Of a stretch of DNA of 64,000 nt, positions 59,634-64,000 are shown in pieces (position 1 is the stretch's first letter; each line of letters opens with the position of its first letter). Position numbers and translations under genes: made by a program. The notes under the pieces are model-generated. The model ran no database searches, was not told where the DNA came from, and worked only from the letters and a program-made list of their open reading frames with translations. This DNA comes from a bacterium. GTDB lineage: Bacteria > Bdellovibrionota > UBA1018. The stretch covers positions 13,705 through 77,704 of the forward strand of contig JAIEMT010000028.1 of assembly GCA_019751945.1 (NCBI GenBank), in the 5' to 3' direction.

Positions 59634-60871
59634 TTGAAGTGCGGTAATTTTACAAAAAGCTCCCAGCAAGCCCCTAATCCGCCTTGCAAAGCTTTGAAAA
59701 AAAAGTCCCTGGCGGCAGTCCTCGTCGCAATATCAATCTTTCTAACTTCTGCGGCAGTGGGAGTAAACTGCTGAACTTTCGCGTCAGAGAGAATATCCTT
59801 CCCTCCTCGGGTCACCATACCGCCTGCGCGCTGCTTATCCATGACCGAACGAATGTCGGGTTCGCCCTTTTCGGGAGAAACCTTTCGATGAGTGGATAAA
59901 ATAACGACGCCGCGATCACTCAAATCGGGATCCTGAGGAATCTCGGTGTCCACTCGAAAGCCCGCTCTTTCATACCCCTTCTGCAATCCTCGAATGTTTT
60001 CCGGAGGTCTCACGGTATCCGGAACCGTGTTGTCGGAATCCAAAATGGGCTCAGCAATGGCCAGATTCCGTTCTTGTTCATGAACCGTTTCAATAACAAG
60101 ACGAGAGATCGGTAGAGGTTTTTTTGTCTCCGGATCCTTCATCGGCCCTTCAGAAAGCCAGCCCTTGGCTTCCGCCAAGTGCATCATCACTGTTCCCAAG
60201 TCTCCGCTCACCGCCCCCGACTTCGCAAAGTTCTTAATTTCTGCCGAAGTAAAATCTGCGGCACGACCTGTAATTTCTCGAGTGGGAATCTCTTTCACTA
60301 AATGCCCGCCCACCGTCAAAGGACCTTTTTCGACAATGCGCACCTTCTCGATCTTTTTTGGATCAATCTGGGCCGACTTCTCAATTTCAGAATGCTGTAA
60401 GCCCCTACCCACCAAGCGCAACTCATGAGGAAGGCGCGGAACCTCTCTCGACTGATAAGCGACTCGCAATGTAGCAACAGGCGTCCGCATAGCCACGCGC
60501 TGAGCCACATCCCCCAAGTTTCGAATGGGATAGCCCGAATCTTTTAAAACAAAGACGTAGTTGGAACGCGTATCGAGAATCTTTTCAGAGGTTTTCATTT
60601 GCGCCTGAATAGAAGCCTCGGGTTTAAACACTCCTTCTTTCACATAGTGATCCACAAGAAAGGCTTCCCAACGAACAGCTAGAACTTTTGCAAAATTGGG
60701 GTATCTCTCCAGGTTCTCGGGACTGGAGCCATCCATCATGACGATGAGGTAGTTTTCATTTCCGTCTTGAAGTTGAACGAAGTCAATGCCCCCATCCGCC
60801 TTCGCGGTGAGAGCCATCGACATTCCAACTAGGACAAAGAAAATAGACCTCATCAGTCTGCGTATCGGCAA
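59630..60871 (-). CDS. Secreted hypothetical protein
   Basis: 413 aa. Signal peptide SIFFVLVGMSMALTAKA. No recognised motif. Confidence 0.5.
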   Translation of the reverse strand: MPIRRLMRSIFFVLVGMSMALTAKADGGIDFVQLQDGNENYLIVMMDGSSPENLERYPNFAKVLAVRWEAFLVDHYVKEGVFKPEASIQAQMKTSEKILDTRSNYVFVLKDSGYPIRNLGDVAQRVAMRTPVATLRVAYQSREVPRLPHELRLVGRGLQHSEIEKSAQIDPKKIEKVRIVEKGPLTVGGHLVKEIPTREITGRAADFTSAEIKNFAKSGAVSGDLGTVMMHLAEAKGWLSEGPMKDPETKKPLPISRLVIETVHEQERNLAIAEPILDSDNTVPDTVRPPENIRGLQKGYERAGFRVDTEIPQDPDLSDRGVVILSTHRKVSPEKGEPDIRSVMDKQRAGGMVTRGGKDILSDAKVQQFTPTAAEVRKIDIATRTAARDFFFKALQGGLGACWELFVKLPHFN

Positions 60872-60900
60872 AACTCAGGTTCTGCATGAGGAGCGGCTAC

Positions 60901-61821
60901 TTAGGCCATTGAGCGCAGGCGCTCGATACGATCATCCAGGGGCGGATGCGTCGAGAACAAGCGGAAGATTCCGTGAGGGTGTGAAGAAATCTTCAACGTA
61001 GCAACGGCTGGCTTAGCCTCCGGATCTTGGATCTCAAACGTGCGTTTCAACGCTTCGAGGGCCTGAATCATGTTCTGACGCCCAGCTAAGCGAGCGCCGC
61101 CCTTATCGGCACGATATTCGCGAAAACGTGAAAACGTGGCCACTACGATCGAACCCAAAATCATGAAGAAGATTTCGAGGACGAATTGAACCATGTAGTA
61201 AGCCATACCACCCATGGCCGGACTGCGGTCATCGTCCTTGCTACGAGTCGCTTGCATGATGGCAAATGCAACCACACGCGAAAGGAACATCACAAAGGCG
61301 TTCACCACACCTTGAAGCAAGGTCATGGTAACCATGTCGCCATTCGCAATGTGCGCAACTTCGTGACCGAGCACGCCTTCGACTTCCGCTTGGCGCATGC
61401 GATGGAGCAACCCAGTCGAAACGGCAACGAGCGATCGTGATTTTGTCGGACCCGTTGCAAACGCGTTCACTTCAGGAGAATCGTAAATACCTACTTCGGG
61501 CATCTTCGGAAGACCCGCCGCTTTTGCGAGCTGATGAACCGTTTGAACCAGTTGCTGGAGTTGTGAATCGTGGGTGTTGGGATCAATGACTTGAACGCCC
61601 ATCATCCACTTGGCCATGATTCGAGACAGCCCAAGCGATATAAATGCTCCGCCCATCCCCCAGACCAAACAGAAATACATGAGCTGTTCGTAATCTAATC
61701 CGTAAGCCGTCAGGTACGGCTTCACCCCGAGGACATTCAAGAGGATGGTAATAGTCGCCATCACTAAAATGTTCAGTGCCAAGAACAGGAAGAGTCGCTT
61801 ACCGATTTGAAAGAATTTCAT
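60901..61821 (-). CDS. htpX: Membrane zinc protease HtpX
   Basis: HEVAHIANGD (HExxH) flanked by TM helices, with the C-terminus STHPPLDDRIERL. The start at 61821 (MKFFQIGKR) is preferred over the ORF-track start at 61857. Confidence 0.9.
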   Translation of the reverse strand: MKFFQIGKRLFLFLALNILVMATITILLNVLGVKPYLTAYGLDYEQLMYFCLVWGMGGAFISLGLSRIMAKWMMGVQVIDPNTHDSQLQQLVQTVHQLAKAAGLPKMPEVGIYDSPEVNAFATGPTKSRSLVAVSTGLLHRMRQAEVEGVLGHEVAHIANGDMVTMTLLQGVVNAFVMFLSRVVAFAIMQATRSKDDDRSPAMGGMAYYMVQFVLEIFFMILGSIVVATFSRFREYRADKGGARLAGRQNMIQALEALKRTFEIQDPEAKPAVATLKISSHPHGIFRLFSTHPPLDDRIERLRSMA

Positions 61822-61892
61822 AGAGCTAAAGATGGACACTATTCGCCCTACTGTCAAGAGTATGTGGAATTACTAACAAATATGAGGAAAAG

Positions 61893-61919
61893 GCTCACAT
61901 TTTTGTAAGAAATGTGAGC
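61893..61919 (-). terminator. Probable Rho-independent terminator of hppA
   Basis: GCTCACATTT-TTGTAAG-AAATGTGAGC, a 10-bp perfect stem. On the minus strand it is followed by CCTTTTCC. It lies about 110 nt downstream of the hppA stop. Confidence 0.6.
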
Positions 61920-62027
61920 TCAAACGTGAACTTGAAGGTGCACAGAACCTGAAACTGAAACGGGAGCCGATACCGTTCCCGATACCGACTCCCGTTCACT
62001 AATAACCGTTTATTTCAGCCGACCTAT

Positions 62028-64000
62028 TTAAGCGCCGGCATGGCTAGGGACGCCTTTTTTCGAGGCTCCGTGCGAAGTCACCTTCTCCTTCGTGATGCGC
62101 ATTCCATAGAAGGAACGAGCGACGAAGAACAAGCCAACGATGAAGAGCGCCACACCGATGTAAAGCGCGGTCTCTTTTGCCGAAGCTGCGATTTCCACAG
62201 CCAACAGACCAAAGAGAGTCGTGAACTTAATGATCGGGTTGAGAGCCACCGACGAAGTGTCCTTGAACGGATCGCCGACGGTATCGCCGACAACGGTCGC
62301 TGCATGGAGAGGTGTGCCCTTCTCACGCAGGTCCACTTCGACGAACTTCTTAGCGTTATCCCAAGCACCACCCGCATTCGCCATGAACATCGCTTGGAAC
62401 AAACCAAACGCTGCGATGGAGATCAAGTAGCTGGCGAAGAAAGTCGCATCGAAACAAGCAAACGCCAAGGTGAACGAGAAGATCACACCAAAGATGTTGA
62501 CCATCCCTGCTTGTGCGTACTGAGTACAGATCTTCACGACTTCCTTAGAATCCTTCACCGATGCTTTCGCGGAAGAATCCAAGCGGATGTGTTTCTTAAT
62601 GTATTCCACTGCGCGATAAGCACCCGTGGTCACTGCTTGCATCGAAGCACCCGTGAACCAGTAGATGACAGCGCCACCGGTGATGAGACCGAGCAATACG
62701 CGCGGATCCATCAAGTCCAGCTTGAGCTGCATCAACAGGATGATCGAGAAGATCATCGTCGTTGCGCCGATCACGGCAGTACCGATCAACACCGGCTTAG
62801 CAGTCGCCTTAAAGGTGTTACCAGCAGAGTCGTTTTCTTCCAGATAGAGTTTGCCTTGGTTGAAGTCCGGAGTAATGCCGAAATCCTTTTGGAGTTCAGC
62901 CTTAATTCCAGGCAACGACTCGATTTGAGAAAGTTCGAACACCGACTGTGCGTTGTCGGTGACGGGGCCGTAGCTGTCGACCGCGATGGTGACAGGACCC
63001 ATTCCCAAGAAGCCGAACGCCACAAGACCGAAAGCAAACACAGCCGGATACACCATGTAATGATCCAAGCCGGTTTTGCTGGTCCAGTAGGCGATAGCCA
63101 TCAAGCCCACCATGACCATGCCCTTCCAGAAGGCGCTGAAGTTACCCGCGACTAATCCGGAGAGAATTGTCAGTGATGCCCCACCTTCGCGTGAAGCAGC
63201 GACGATTTCAGCCACGTGCTTCGACTTTGCAGAGGTGAAGACCTTGGTCAATTCCGGAATCACAGCAGCTGCCACAGTACCGCAGCTGATGATGAGGCTG
63301 AGCTGCCACCAAAGGCTTTCGCCCATATCGCCGATCAACATCTTCGAAACCACGAAGGTTACGATGATGGAAACCACCGAGGTGATCCAAACTAAGCTGG
63401 TGAGCGGAGCTTCGAAATCAAAGTGTGCCTTTTGAGCATACAGAGCTTTCGAAATAATTCCGTTGATCCAGTACGATAGAATCGACGTGATGATCATCAA
63501 CACGCGCATCGTGAAGATCCAGATGATCAGCTTCGATTGAATTTCTGTGCCGCCCGGAGCGAGGGTCAGCTTGCCGGTTTGATCGAAGCCCATGCCGGTC
63601 GCAAGCACGATGAAGCTGATGAGAGCCACACCGGTCACGCCGTAGGTTTCGAAGCCGTCAGCCGTCGGACCGACGGAGTCGCCGGCGTTGTCACCGGTAC
63701 AGTCCGCGATCACGCCCGGGTTACGAGCGTCGTCTTCTTTAATGTTGAAGACGATTTTCATTAAGTCCGATCCGATGTCGGCAATCTTGGTGAAGATACC
63801 GCCGCAGATACGAAGTGCCGAAGCGCCCAACGATTCCCCGATTGCGAAACCGACGAAGCAAGCGCCTGCGCTTTCACGCGGAACGAACAAGAGGATGTAA
63901 ATCATCATCAACAGTTCTACGCAGATCAACAACACGCCCAAGGACATGCCGGAACGAAGCGGAATATCCATGACCGAGTACGGCTTGCCGCTCAGAGAAG
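62028..64000 (-). CDS. hppA: Membrane H+-translocating pyrophosphatase (5' end outside window)
   Basis: Motifs GGIFTKIADIGSDL, DCTGDNAGD, GGAWDNAKK and DTVGDPFKDT. GNTFKATAK has Lys at the A/K switch position, which indicates the K+-independent type. The reading frame stays open to the window edge. Confidence 0.9.
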   Translation of the reverse strand, partial: SLSGKPYSVMDIPLRSGMSLGVLLICVELLMMIYILLFVPRESAGACFVGFAIGESLGASALRICGGIFTKIADIGSDLMKIVFNIKEDDARNPGVIADCTGDNAGDSVGPTADGFETYGVTGVALISFIVLATGMGFDQTGKLTLAPGGTEIQSKLIIWIFTMRVLMIITSILSYWINGIISKALYAQKAHFDFEAPLTSLVWITSVVSIIVTFVVSKMLIGDMGESLWWQLSLIISCGTVAAAVIPELTKVFTSAKSKHVAEIVAASREGGASLTILSGLVAGNFSAFWKGMVMVGLMAIAYWTSKTGLDHYMVYPAVFAFGLVAFGFLGMGPVTIAVDSYGPVTDNAQSVFELSQIESLPGIKAELQKDFGITPDFNQGKLYLEENDSAGNTFKATAKPVLIGTAVIGATTMIFSIILLMQLKLDLMDPRVLLGLITGGAVIYWFTGASMQAVTTGAYRAVEYIKKHIRLDSSAKASVKDSKEVVKICTQYAQAGMVNIFGVIFSFTLAFACFDATFFASYLISIAAFGLFQAMFMANAGGAWDNAKKFVEVDLREKGTPLHAATVVGDTVGDPFKDTSSVALNPIIKFTTLFGLLAVEIAASAKETALYIGVALFIVGLFFVARSFYGMRITKEKVTSHGASKKGVPSHAGA

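Noticed and set aside
62040-63155. 371-aa plus-strand ORF antisense to hppA (likewise 36444-37163 antisense to the RND gene, 47554-48105 antisense to dnaE, and the many 60-170-aa ORFs antisense to the Gly/Ala-rich cluster genes)
   Set aside because: They lie opposite strongly supported conserved genes and have Arg/His/Ser-rich, compositionally skewed translations with no motifs. These are typical shadow ORFs.

Overview
The window is 64 kb of compact, about 50% GC Gram-negative chromosome. Gene content suggests a Bdellovibrio-like or deltaproteobacterial-type organism: many Sec-signal hydrolases, a TIGR02147-like HTH protein and dense c-di-GMP signalling. This taxonomic guess is an inference I cannot verify. 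Recognisable housekeeping genes are astB, a 4-nt-overlapping miaB / gamma-CA-like / guaB / guaA operon, tRNA-Ala(GGC), lipB, dnaE, lspA, an MscS-type channel, htpX and a K+-independent-type H+-pyrophosphatase (hppA, cut by the window edge). There is also an RND pump, an MFS transporter, a HiPIP, a ZnuA/ZnuB-like pair and an RRM/RGG RNA-binding protein. A signalling island at 24.9-33.4 kb holds Hpt, two hybrid histidine kinases, REC-HD-GYP, a TVP38/DedA protein and PAS-GGDEF. The most unusual region is 17463-24596, a four-gene, translationally coupled operon. It encodes Sec-signal-bearing, Gly/Ala/Ser/Pro-rich proteins of 427-808 aa that match no family I recognise. All four share a C-terminal module, and three share a cysteine-framed, Gly/Ala-rich hydrophobic core. 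Other oddities are listed below.
- A GcvH-like protein has its lipoyl-lysine replaced by arginine.
- A histidine-kinase-like protein has degenerate ATP-binding motifs.
- A perfect 68-bp direct repeat (x2) lies just downstream of the tRNA.
- Two four-helix-bundle (23S-IVS/Avd-family) genes form a large imperfect palindrome.
- Short tandem repeat arrays start at, or directly after, two stop codons.
I saw no CRISPR array, transposase, integrase or recognisable phage-defence genes.
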